Part shown: positions 39,636 through 52,157 of the stretch, piece by piece
How positions within the stretch are numbered: position 1 is the stretch's first letter
How the letters are laid out: every line of letters starts with the position of its first letter
From: Azolla caroliniana
Lineage: Eukaryota > Plantae > Polypodiophyta
Length of the DNA stretch: 64,000 nt
Assembly: GCA_043228905.1 (NCBI GenBank)
Contig: JBHGNT010000005.1
Location: 1,178,001 to 1,242,000 of the forward strand
Direction: 5' to 3'
Notes under the pieces: generated by a model
What the model saw: only the letters and a program-made list of their open reading frames with translations
What the model was told of the DNA's origin: nothing
The model's database searches: none
Program-made: the position numbers and the translations under genes

Positions 39636-42600
39636 TGAGGTTCCTCGAATATATCAATCAATGTATCTAAATATCATTTATTCTTGTGCATTCTTTCACC
39701 ATATAAGTTAATAAAACATGAGCTGTGCTCTCATTTCCCCTGATGAATCATTTGATGGGCTGTTGTATAGATCTACCGTTAAGGACATTCACATTTCTTT
39801 AACACATTTTTTGTTGCCTAATCACAACTTATCAGTGTCTGGGCAAGGATCATTTTAGGTAGATAGACAAACCTGGATTTTTTGTGTTCACTGAAAGTTG
39901 AAGTATGTTCATATGTGATTTTTTATGGCCTTTTCACTTCCGATGAGATATATGCAGATCTCTTGACCTGTTTATGGGATGTAAAAAACAATTTCTTTTA
40001 TTGGCATAGGGGAAGTTCAAAGGTGGGATATGCCATTGCAATCCTGTTCTATGTATAAAATCTTTGGCCGATTAAATTTTCTTCATTTTGCTAGTACTTC
40101 TGTATATGTACATGGGTTTCTTAAATTCCAGAAACATCATTTTTACTTTTCCAGGTAGAATCATTGTCGAGGTTGTTTTCTTCTAGGCCAGGGCGAGTAT
40201 TAATTAGTAATTGTGATGTATGATTACGACAGCTGAATTGCACTAGTTGGTCGTTCATTAGATGTTTCCCTTGTAAATTCTTTGTTTTAGCTGTGCCTTA
40301 CTATTTTTATTTCATTACTAGTCAATATATCTTCAGTGAGTTTTAAAATATTGAATTGTTTCAATGGGTTCTATTCAACAGCTCTCAGTTTTCCCTATAG
40401 CTGTTCTCTTTCTTTGCATTGTCGGGAAACCCTTAAAATGTTTGACAATTGAGTAGCACATATATTGCCTGTACAGAAAATCGCATAAACATGCCATGCA
40501 TTACTGCTGTATCAATATAGTTGAAAATATTACATTCAAAATTATTGTACAAAACCCCACTTAGTAATACGAATGCCCACATTAAGGGTTGTCAAATGGT
40601 CACTTGATGTGTGTTTTAAATGTTTGTTTATTCCATTGATGTTATGAATTTAAGAAAGCATGTGGTTTTGTTGACAACTTTGATAGCGCTAATCCCTGGG
40701 ACTTTTAACCCATACATTGCTGATGTCAGAATTTTGTTAAAATCTCTATAGACAAACATAAGGCATTATGATTACTTGGCCTCATCATTCGGTCAACATG
40801 GTTATATAAGGGGTTAGGAGACATTTATTATTGAAAATAATGTTCTTTGTGTATCATACATATATGCTTTGTCTCATTGAACTCTTCAAATTAAGTCCTT
40901 GATACTTTCCATGACCAACCTTGGTTTCTTGTTTGATTACATCCAAATCAATGAGAATTTCTGCAGTTAAAATGGGATGTTTATTTACATAAAGGGAAAT
41001 ACACTTTGTTGTATATACATTAGTACATTCTAGACACTACCTACACTAAAGGTCATTAAAAGAACTTGTCTCCATTTTATCAAAATTGAAATTTTCTTGA
41101 AGACCATAATAGTATTTTTACCATAAATGGTTAGTTCTGCATTGATTAACACATTGGCTTCAATTAGTTTTGATTATGTTTGAACTACTATAGCTCAAGT
41201 ATTTAAAGATGAAGATTATTAATCATAGTTAAAATATTATATTTGCGCATTCGGATTTCAAGCTAGCACTTACAGAAGTACTTGGACAACCAAAAGAAGC
41301 AGGTATTGATTCTATGGAACAATAGAGTGAATTTGGTTATCATACTGTTGTCGAGGACGAAAAATAGTTTAAATAGTTTGTTTGGGAGATAAATCTTCTT
41401 TGGGTAGGTCACATGGCCTAATTAGGAACTTTACTTTTGAATACTTTTTTCAAAAGCGTGTAGATCCCAAGGAGCATTAGATCAAAAGTTAGAGCCTGAA
41501 TGTATTTCCATTTGGAGGTTTTTTTAAGAAATTTCCAAAATAGTGTTGTTTCATTATCTAATGCAGATAATGTCAACATAACTTATATGACTTTGTGGTC
41601 TTAAGTTTGTAGGTTCAAGTCTCAGAGAAATGGGTTTAACTTCGTGTTCATTATAAAGCTTCTTCACATTCTTGAGTTTGAGATAATGCAAATATTGTAA
41701 AGCCCAATTCTGGAAAAGCATTCACAAATTGTGGATACAGAGACGAATTTTGCATTGCTGCTGCAAACTCACAAGACAACACTATTGTAAGAGCTGAAAC
41801 TTCAGCTGGTTCAAGTAGATTCAAAGGCTGAGATCAAGCTAGGAATATACCTATAATTTCTGAATATGGAAGTTGTAGTGGGGAGATCTATCCATCACTT
41901 TTGGCCAAGGAGCACTTGATCCATCAAGATTGCAGACTCCCCACTCACTAGAGTTCTCGGTCCCTACCCAAGTTACACAAAAAAACTCTTATCACTGTTC
42001 ACCATATAGTTGGTAAAATTGTTAGGAGTGGTTATTGAACTCTTGAGCTACTAATTATTGTTTACCCATGTGTCCTCTCCTATCCTAAATAGTTAATGTA
42101 GGTAATAAATTAGTTAAGAAACTCGAAGACTTAAATGATTATACATTACTAAGCAAATAATACATGAAAAACACAAAGAGATAGTATAACGCATCTCAAT
42201 AAGTTAAGAAACCACAATCATACATAGAAGTTAATGTAAGGCTTAAAGTTAAGTACATGACTCTAATCTTTTTAAAAAGTGTGTGAGAAAATTCATGTGC
42301 AATGAAATTTTGATTGAGAATGAGGGTGTAACAATGGAAGGACAACGATTAAGGCATCATGGTGGTAATTAATTCATGGAAGTATTATTTTCATGTGCTT
42401 TATTATTTTTATGTGCACAGTCATCTAGTAGAGAGCATTGTAGTTCCTTGCAAAAGGAGTTGCTAGTTGCTAGGAGGAGCACACTAAGTTCAAGGTAGAA
42501 CATTGCTTAGAATGTCTCGTTATCCCTCTAGAACATTAAGAGAAGAACATAGAGTTATTCTAACGTTCATATATCTTAATGGATTGTGCTTGCTAGTTTG

Positions 42601-45171
42601 CTAATACATACTAACATTTTGTAATAAGTATCATTTTATAGTAACTATCATTAGTAACACCCTAAATGGACACATGAGGGTGTATAAATCTAAAATGGTT
42701 GTGTAGGATGAGCCTAGCATATTTTATATTGCATGAAGACGTAGTTGTTTTTGCACCATGGTGTAGCCTCTGGCGGAATGAGTTGTAGAAACTTGGGGGA
42801 TCCTTCCTTGTTGTGAATTGAAACCTATAATTTCCTAGAAAAGGAAATTGTTGTCTAGGTTTCCAAGGCCACAAGCTTACTAGATAGGAATACTATATAA
42901 TCATATTTAACAAAATAATGCAAAATGTACAATTAATTTAGTTTCATTATGGGCATCCATACATGTTATCCAAAAGTTACAATCAACCCAATAAACAACC
43001 ATAAACTTCAAAAACCTTGTGGTATTTCCCCCCCTTTCTTAACGTGATTATTTGAGTTCTAGTAAATATCAATAATCAATCTATGAGCCACACAAGCCTT
43101 AGCTTGGTCATGTCACATTTATTGATGGTTTGAGCTTGATAGACAATGTTGGCTTGTGCGCACAACAAGAACATGGTGGAGTTATGATTGACTATTTTGC
43201 CCATTATGGGCTTGTACGAACAATAATCTCCATATATTATTTAGAAAATTTTATTGTGCTTATACTTTCTTATTTTCTTCCAATAAGCTTATTCATAAAA
43301 GCATTCACACAGAGGATCCCAAGTATGTTTCTGGAAGGATTTTTGGCCTATTGTTCCACAAGATGCATTAGTTTTACAAGGGATATGAACATGTCTCTTT
43401 CAAAAGTGATACACTCACAACATTGTTTCTAAACAAGATATCCTTCCATCAGTTTTAAGAAGCATGTCTGCCAAAAAATACAACCAATAGCTCAACGTTG
43501 TTGCTTCTAGCAACACCTTTGTTACAAAAGACTTCAAAAGCTTCCTTTAGAGCCTTGTGAAAGAGGGAATGATGTACAAAGCATTACTCACATATTGCAA
43601 ATATTTATCATGCAATTCAAACACATTCCGTACAAATGCCTGGTCTAATCCAGTTACAACCTTCTTCTCAGTCTTTTTATTGCTTGCCGTATCTTCTGCT
43701 TGCTTTACTAATGTCATTCCTTCTTCGTGATATGCTTCTTGAAAATGTTTGCCATGGGATCAGATACCTTTCGTTATTTTACAAAATAACCGACACATCC
43801 TTGACAGCTTCTCCACCTTGTCATCTCTCCCCAATGCATGGCATCCTGAATGCTCCTTTTCCAATAGCTGTTGCTCCCCAACATTGTTGATTTACAACAA
43901 TCAAATCAAGAATAGTACTTTCCTTATTTGGTAACAATTTAATTTCCTTGGATATGAGCATGGGCTCTCTCTTTATCTATATCCCCTTGTTAATTGGTAC
44001 ATTCCTCATCATGATTGTGGGTAAAGGTTAATTACCATGCATATGAGAACATATCCAATGGGGAAGACATCAAATGTTGGGTTCTCAATAAATACATGTT
44101 TTGACACTTATGATGACAGTAGTGCGTTTCCATTGGGTTGAAGTATGGGCATGAACAGGATTATCGATACTTGCTTAAGATTTTGAAAAACGTTGCACAT
44201 CAACTTGTGGGGTGCATGCTTAAGATCATTTGCATATGGCATGTGCATTCTTTGAGTTGTGAGAAGGGGCTTTGAAACACCAACATGAAGACTCATAAAA
44301 CTATGCAAGTTTTCCAATGGTCATACTTTGATTACATTTGAACGTCTTTCCCCACATTTCCAACCCTCGCTTGCCAAGACAAACATTCTTCTCTTAGTTA
44401 CAATGAACAATCTAAATCGCATTGTTCATTAGTAAATTCTTTGACATAGAGAGCCACTTATCAACTCCACAAACGTTACATGAATTTTATTCCCAATGGC
44501 CTCATATTTGATATTTGATGAGGAAAATAAAATGTCTCTCTGTCTCTATCTATCTATGATTAAAGTAATTATAAATTCATTATTTCTAGGCTTATGAATT
44601 CCAAATGCTTATTATTTGCAAGACAAGCATGATTGCATACAAATGAAACTTTCTTGAATTATCATTGTATTATGTCACACACATGGAGAATGTAATCTAA
44701 TTGGCTTGAAATTTGACTTGGTGGCTAACTAGTTTGTGAGCAAAAACTTGGTGTGCACATTCTATTTTGATGCTAATAATTGCCCTGAAACATAACAATG
44801 TAGTTCACAATAGGAAATAAGTAGTCTACAATGGTATTTAGTCTTTAACTTTAAACCAAGCACTTTATCACACATCTACAAATAAGTCAAGAAATAACGT
44901 GCTCGATTATAGAGAAGCTTTTTAGATGGTTTAAACTTTACATATTCTCCCACACTAGACCTATATATGAATTTGTGGGGTTAGTAACTTTTATGGCATT
45001 ATGTTATTTAACAATGAAATTACAATGGCACTTATTTTTCCTTCATTTGATAGTTTCAAAAGTTCTGAGAAATAATCTTCTAACATTATACAAATACATC
45101 ATGGATGATGGGACAAAATTAACTTTTTAAATGTCAAAGCTCATGGATAATAGAATGAATGTAGGTTCATG

Positions 45172-45620
45172 TATGGAAAACAATGACTACGGTAACATTA
45201 TGGGTTATTATGGAAATGTAGATGTAGTCGACTTTATGATGTAACAAATCTTGGTCCTTCATATGTACTACTCGAGATATTGGAGAGATTGTTGACAGTA
45301 GTCCGTGGGCAGTACATATGATAATATACATGGTTCTCCAAAAAATGTTCATAAGAGAAGGAAGAAGCTTCTTCACTTATAGAGAAAGTTGCCCCTCTTT
45401 GTAGTGTTAGACCAAGGGCCTCAATGGAACTTTTCTTGAATATCAATACACCATGACAATGTACCACATCAAGTTTCAACACCCTTTTATAAGTTGTTTT
45501 TGTATGTACATACTATGTTTTTTATTCTATGTTGTAAGCCTCTGGGCAGATAACTTCAAGGTGTAGCCTTTAGACGTTTTTAATACTATTGAAAAAAATC
45601 TTTCACGGAAAAAAATGAAT
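45172..45620 (+). mobile_element. 5'-truncated non-LTR retroelement with a target-site duplication of up to 19 bp
   Basis: GAATGAATGTAGGTTCATG flanks both sides (45153-45171 and 45621-45639). The 3' end is A-rich and runs into (AATG)n. Confidence 0.75.
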
Positions 45621-48071
45621 GAATGAATGTAGGTTCATGCCTCGTTGATGGAGGAAGAGTAAGGAGTAACTAGGGTAAAATTGTTGAATTGCTATAGCCT
45701 CAAAAGGACTAGTTAGAATATTCTTTACAAGTAATGGAATTTATATAATATCTATTGATGTTGTACTTAGCTAAGCAAAATGGAGAGTACCAAATGTGAG
45801 GTGTATAAGGTGAAAGAGAATGATGAATGTGTAGGCTCTTTTTTAGAGTTTGTGCATGACACGTCTCTTAATTCTAGCAATTCCAATACGGTGCAACAAT
45901 CATTACCTTAAGAATAAGTTACAATCGAAGCTAAAGATCACATGTATTAGTTAACCTTCGCCGTTATATGACAATCTTGAATTGAACGAAATAATAATAT
46001 AAACAGAAGATGATGTTAGATGAACTACATGTGTATATACAAATATTCAAACTTTTAGGCCCCAAGGACACAAAATTGGTGACAAAAATACTAGCATACA
46101 TGAGGGACGAATACAATTAAAAAAGATAATGAACACCCTCAACTTTCATACAATACTACAGAAAGAGACGAAAAACCCATATAAATCAATTAGAAGTGAT
46201 ACCCATGAACCAAATATAAATGGTTCAAAATCTTAACTACCTATTATGGGGATCATTATTAAAGAACAAATTGAAGGACTTGCATGACATGTTGGCATTG
46301 GCATACAAGTGGAGTAACCCTTCTAGCATAAACATTAAAGTTTGTTAAGGCATTAACATGCCATGCATCCCTATTGTGGATTGGAACCAACACAATATCA
46401 CAAGGACAAGCAAATGATCGTTTATGTTGCTAGGGTGCATTGTTGTACTTTTTAAAAGAGATTGTGTGTACCCACAAAAGGATACCTACAAGGGAGTGAA
46501 TAAAGCCCGAAAAAACACAATCAAAGGGTGAGGGATCAAGATAACATAAAGAAAAAAAGTTCATATTTTATTTTGGTGTGTGAGAGAGAAATTAGATGCA
46601 AAACTAACCAAGGGATTAGGTGGGCACAATTTTAAGGCATCTTCCTAATGGTAAGAGTTGGATGGCTTGACAAATTAAGTTTTAATGAGATATTCCATTT
46701 GATATTTCAGCATTTTTGGGATTCTCGTTGTATGCCTTAACCTTGGAAGCTTGATCTCATCAAATTAATCCAGAAGTTAACACATATTGGGTCATTTTAT
46801 CAATGGCTACTTATTTCTTTGATGGGAGTGGGGGGATGACATAAGATATCTATTGAACACATCTATAAAGGACTTGGCAAAAATATTACAAAAGTATTTG
46901 CCAAATTCGATACACCAATTTGTTGGTAGGAATGTATTGCATAATATTGTTAATGATCATATGACCATAGGTTATGCCTATCATACTCATCAAGAATTTG
47001 ATTATAGTGCAATTGAATTCAGAGGAAGGTTATGGTAATTTCAAATGGTCATTTGTTTAAGGGTTACCAAAGACAATGGGCTTTGGACCATATATGTTCC
47101 ACCTTATATTTTTAAACGGGAAAGATAGTATTATCTCAAGTCATGCTTAATGGTGGAGTTACATTAAGTATTCGACTCACGAGATTTGCTCATCAAGGAT
47201 GCTCACCTAGCCCATTGTTTTTTGCTATTATTTCTCATCCCTTGTTATCGAGGTTCAATTAATGATGATATTGTAGGTCCAAATCATCCACTTGGGGAGC
47301 AAATGATAATGCATACTTTGGTTGATGATTATACAAGCCTCATGTGAGAATCTTGAAAAGGGGATGCACATAAATAATCAAATTTACTTGGCATTCGAAT
47401 GACATATTAATTGGAGGAAGTGTTGCTTGTATTGGGAAGAATTTGGAATGTCTCAGATTGCAAGCATCTATTGTTGGAAAAGAATCTATGTCTTTTGACA
47501 CTTGAGGTATTGATTGAGTGTGAAGGTTATGAGAGCCCAACTAATTGAATGGATGACTAACAAGTTGAGGAGTAAGTTAATGTATTGGAAGTTACAATCT
47601 TGGCCAATATTTTGTGTACACCTTAAATTTATAGTGTCATATGCAACCATGATATTAGATATTTTGTTGTTGCTACCATGAACTAACGAGACTTTGCATT
47701 TTGCCTTTCAGCCTTTGCAATATTTGTTGTGGAGAAGGAAGGGGTACGACAATATTGGACTTATCTAACCATATAATGGCTCACATGTTTTCATTATTGC
47801 AAGATATGTATTAACACTCATAACCATCGATATCTATTGTTTAATATCTCATTGAGAGGGATTGTGTAACACATGGAGGACAATTGTTAAGTAAACATGG
47901 AGGCAATTACTTAATATAAGAATTCCACTTAAGAATCCTTATTCCTCATGTGTTGAACATTTAGTTATCTAATGGCACGACTCACCCTACTTATTTTCAT
48001 GTCTCCTCAGTTAATATGTTGGCATAGAAAGGAGAGATTGCACTCTAAGTTCCATTGCTCATAGAGAGAGC

Positions 48072-48722
48072 ATGGAGACAAGAAGCTCATGGGTTCAACC
48101 CCTAGCTTCCACAATCGCATCTAGTAAATAAAGACATATGTACAGAGTAGTTAACAATCGACAATGGTTCGGTCGGTTTGAGAGTGTCCAAACCGAACCG
48201 TTAAAATTTTTTGAAACTTGAACTGAACCACGAAACCGTTAAACCGAACTGTTTAAAACTACAATTTCATGGTTCATTTTCGGTTTTCAAATTAGGTCAA
48301 AATTCAAATTTTAAAATTTTAAAATATTTCATTTTTTTAATTTTTTAATTTTCAAAATTTTAAAGATTTTCCTAAAATGTGAGAATAAGGCTTGAAAATG
48401 AAAAGATTGTTTTAAAAAAAAATGTTAAACCGTTAAAACTGTGGTTTCTAACAATTGAAACTAAACCAAATTGAACCGTTTAAACCGTTAAGTTGTTTAG
48501 TTGCGGTTTCACGGTTCGGTTCGGTTCAAACCAAACCGTTGCCGACTGTTAAGAGTAGTAGCGAGGTGAAAAACTTGGGTTTTGAAGCCCAAACATAGAG
48601 CTAGTAGTCTAACAACTTATCACTAGGGTAAGATAATTAAAATTGAGAGAGAGAGGTGAAAAACTTGGGTTTTGAAGCCCAAACATAGAGCTAGTATCAC
48701 TAGGGTAAGATAATTAAAATTG
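48072..48722 (+). mobile_element. Older SINE-like copy split by the MITE, with a duplicated 3' half
   Basis: ATGGAGAC...CATGGGTTCAACCCCTA...GCATCTAGT precedes the MITE. GAGGTGAAAAACTTGGGTTTTGAAGCCC...CACTAGGGTAAGATAATT follows it twice (48563-48642 and 48653-48722). Confidence 0.75.
48152..48551. mobile_element. hAT-superfamily MITE, 400 bp
   Basis: Imperfect TIRs: left TAACAATCGACAATGGTTCGGT, right (reverse complement) TAACAGTCGGCAACGGTTTGGT. 8-bp TSD AGAGTAGT at 48144-48151 and 48552-48559. Subterminal AACCG/CGGTT arrays and an AT-rich core. Confidence 0.9.
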
Positions 48723-48746
48723 AGGGGGAGAGAGAGAGAGAGAGAG

Positions 48747-48955
48747 TGCCCAGATGGATGTAGCTCAGTTGGTAAGGTTGCCCAATGGAGACCAGGTGGT
48801 CATGGGTTCAACCCCTACATTCCACAGTGGCATCTAGTGAATTAAGAGATATATAAGAAGTATATAATAGAGAGGTGAGGAAGTTGGGTTTCGAACCCAC
48901 AACGCAGTGCTTGTAGTGCTAACAACTTACCACTAGGGTAAGGTAATTACAATAA
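48747..48955 (+). mobile_element. tRNA-derived SINE-like element, full copy 1
   Basis: A-box TAGCTCAGTTGG (48761-48772) and B-box GGTTCAACCC (48805-48814), plus a second A/B-box pair on the minus strand (48886-48940). Flanked by GA-rich tracts. Confidence 0.82.
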
Positions 48956-48989
48956 AAAGAGAGAGACAAAGAGAGAGAATTTTAAAGGT

Positions 48990-49212
48990 TGCCCAGATGG
49001 ATGTAGCTTAGTTGATAACGTTGCCCAATGGAGACCAAGTGGTCATGGATTCAACCCCTACATTCCACAGTGGCATCTAGTGAAATAGAGATATATATGA
49101 ATGAAGTATATAATGGAAAGGTGAGGAAATTGGGTTTCGAACCCAAGACACAATGCTTGTAGTGTTATCGACTTACCACTAGGGTAAGCTAATTACAATA
49201 TAAATAAAAAAA
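48990..49212 (+). mobile_element. tRNA-derived SINE-like element, full copy 2
   Basis: Closely similar to copy 1 over ~205 bp, with an A-rich tail. Flanked by the 18-bp direct repeat AGAGAATTTTAAAGGTTG (48974-48991 and 49213-49230). Confidence 0.82.
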
Positions 49213-50829
49213 AGAGAATTTTAAAGGTTGTCAAGATTTGAAGATGCCAAGCGATAGTTATGTATTCCCCCAAATTATGGATTTATTTGGGAGAAATTAC
49301 AAGATATACCATTGTTGCAAGGATCTTTGCCATCGAAAACAAATGTTGCACCTTGGGTTACAAGGTCACTACAAAGATTGGTAGTTACAAGATGGTACAC
49401 GCTTGTTACAGGTCACTACAAATATATCGTATCATCATGCAATATTATCTTGGCTATAAGCAACAAAATTGTGGAATGTATGTAAGTCAAATGCAAGGTG
49501 GTGGAAAATATTGCAACGTGGTTGGCATTCCCATCTACCATTTTGTGCAAAGGTATTCATATGGAGAGCCATGATTAGTGGGCTCCATTAGGTTCAACCT
49601 TAAAGAGACGAAGACTAGGGTCTAGCACTTGTTTCTTTTGCACCGTTCCATTGGAGGATAGTACACATAGGTTCATTAAATGTCCTATAGCGTGTACCAT
49701 TTGGAAGTACTTATCTAACATTTGGCAAGTTTTAACCCGTTGTTTGAGACCTCAACAATGGGTTTTTTCTCAATATGTTCAAAATGATTCAAATGATGAG
49801 ATAGAGATATTGTTCCAATTTTTACGTTATTGGGGACTACAACACATTTGGAATATGTGTAATGCTTTCATATTTGATAATAGACATGGGGTGAAAGCCT
49901 ATATAAAGAAGCTTAAAGGTATTCTCATGTGGAATTTTTGGATGTTAGAGCATGTGGGGATCATTTCCTCAAATACATATTCAGGTTTTTTAATGGCATT
50001 ACAGGACATCCCTCTCCCTAAATAGGCATATGATAGGTAGAGGAGACTAATAAGTGTTGTAACTAAGTGGATTTTATATACAATTAATATAATTGTGTGC
50101 TTTTACCAAAAAGAAAAGAAAAGAGAGAGAGATTTAGATTTAGATTTAGATTTTATTATTCTCCCAAAGAGCAAATATGACTCTCAACATTTAAGAATTT
50201 CAATGGTACATGTTGCAATTGAGAGTGCATATTGAGATTGTGAGAGGAATGTATGTAAAGGACTAGATTGACAATGTGTGGAAATCAAATTGATTGACAA
50301 TATGTAGATGAATACAATGGATTATAAATTTATATATATCTCACACATATTCAAACCAAAATATGCATAATCAATATGCCTCAACACCCTATCTCATACT
50401 AAAGAGAATATATGATAATTAGTATGAACACAATGGTGTGGATGGTGGGAAAAGGGATGGGCTTAAGCATGTATAGGTCTAAGATAAGTGAGGTTTCCTT
50501 TTTTGAGAAGAAGATGGTTTTATAATTTGGTTCATTGAATGTAATTTAATATGAAATGTATATGTGTAGATGAGTTGGGTTTCCCTTTTTGAGAAGATGA
50601 TAGTTTTGTAGTTTGATTCAAGTTATCTAAGGTAATTTGTGAAACGTGAGGCTCCATATGTTTCCCAAATTGTGATACATTGGCTCTATTGATGCAAATG
50701 TGATACATCTCATTTTCCAAACCATTTCTTCATATTTTCCTTCTATCCAGAATTCAAAATTTTGCTTTTATGTAACTTTCGAATCTTTTTGCTTGTTTCC
50801 CATGTGAGCTTATGAAGTTGATATGAAGG

Positions 50830-52157
50830 TGACCCAACTGATAAATAAGGTTGTTGATGGTCTAGATAGGTTGGATAAGGAAGAGGGGGTCTGGTTTGGG
50901 TGGTTTGTAGGTGAGAGTGATGGACAAATTATCCGTGGCAAGTGTCCATCTAATGAATATCGTTTGTGGGGAAACCTAAGTGCTTTGTCCGACAATGGTC
51001 AGTGGTTGGCAGTGCGGGTGGCAGTGTTGGAAGGTAAGAAGTGGCAATTAAACCCAGACCCAGAGAAGCTAGATAATGATTGTAAACTATGGCTATTGGA
51101 CAACAAGCCTCTACATGATTTGGAGTGGGATCCACTAGAGGTATGGTGGCAAAAACCGGGAACGAACAAACTGGTGGGGTTTTTTGATTATAGTACTAAG
51201 CTCGGAAGGCAAATCATTGGCTCCAAATCAGTGGGTGCTGCTCAAACTCGCAATAGTTGGAGGGATAAAGGCATATCAGATGACTTGTTGAAGTCGTTTT
51301 GGCAGAGACTATGGGCATCTGATATGCCAGAAAAAATCAAGGTGTGGTTTTGGCTTCTTAGTCATAAGGCGTTACCGGTAGGGGAGTGGGTGAGGTCTCG
51401 TGGTGGGGAGGCTGGTTGCCTGTTATGTGGTCACTCTTTGGAATCGATACCTCACTGTTTTTGGAATTGTGCAGAGGCAATCAGCATTTGGGGTCGAAGT
51501 CTCAGGATAGTGGCAGCATGCGGGGTGAATGGGAGAGTTGTGTGGGGGTCCTTACAGGGTTTGAAACTAACTAAGGAAGGTTGGGCGGAACAATTAAATC
51601 CACATGGTCATGGTTTTATATTGCAGGGCGGCAGTGTATTCAAAAGTGTTGGAGTAGAACCTGGTACAAACTCTGGTTTTTTTGAGGAGATATGGATGTT
51701 GGTGGCATGCTTCTCGGTCTGGCACATTTGGACCAGACGATGTAGGTTTGTTTTTCAGCAACGAAAACTCCCAAGCGGTGAGGTGTTGCTAAACATTTGG
51801 TTCGAGCTGGTATCTTGGCTGCACGGACAGTATAACTCAATTGAAGGGAACTCAGATGCAGCAGACAGGGCTCGCTCAAAGTTTTTGCTGAAATGGGGTC
51901 GCTCTCCTATGATGGTTAATTCAGCGTCTGGTCCTAAATGGAATTACCAAGCACCAAGATGGTTGTTTCCGCCATTGGCTTCGTTGTGAATATGTGGTCA
52001 CCATGGTGGTCATTATGTAAAAAGAGGCAGTGGGTTACTCTTGTTGTAAATAGTTAGGTGAGGATTATGCTGTTTTGATTATGGCTGTTCTTCGATGTAA
52101 TTCTTTTGCTAACTAATGGGAAGTAGTGTTTTTTTTGGAAATAAATAAATAAATAAA
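50830..52157 (+). mobile_element. Young 5'-truncated L1-clade LINE (zf-RVT C-terminus) with 12-bp TSD
   Basis: Uninterrupted ORF with FWQRLWASDMPEKIKVWFWLLSHKALP...CLLCGHSLESIPHCFWNC...WHIWTRRC. (AAAT)n tail at 52138-52157. TTGATATGAAGG at 50818-50829 and 52158-52169. Confidence 0.9.

Larger units (their letters stand above)
46740..50110 (+). mobile_element. Decayed L1-clade LINE ORF2 remnants on both sides of the SINE/MITE cluster
   Basis: RT remnants FVGRNVLHN, IRLTRFAHQGCSPSPLFFAIISHP (resembles RSVRQGCPLSPLLF) and LVDD; zf-RVT-like CSFCTVPLEDSTHRFIKCPIACTIW at ~49630-49710; A-rich tail at ~50108. That both sides belong to one element is inferred. Confidence 0.7.

Noticed and set aside
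48755-48825. Functional tRNA gene
   Set aside because: A and B boxes are present, but the D and anticodon stems do not pair properly and the sequence belongs to a dispersed repeat.
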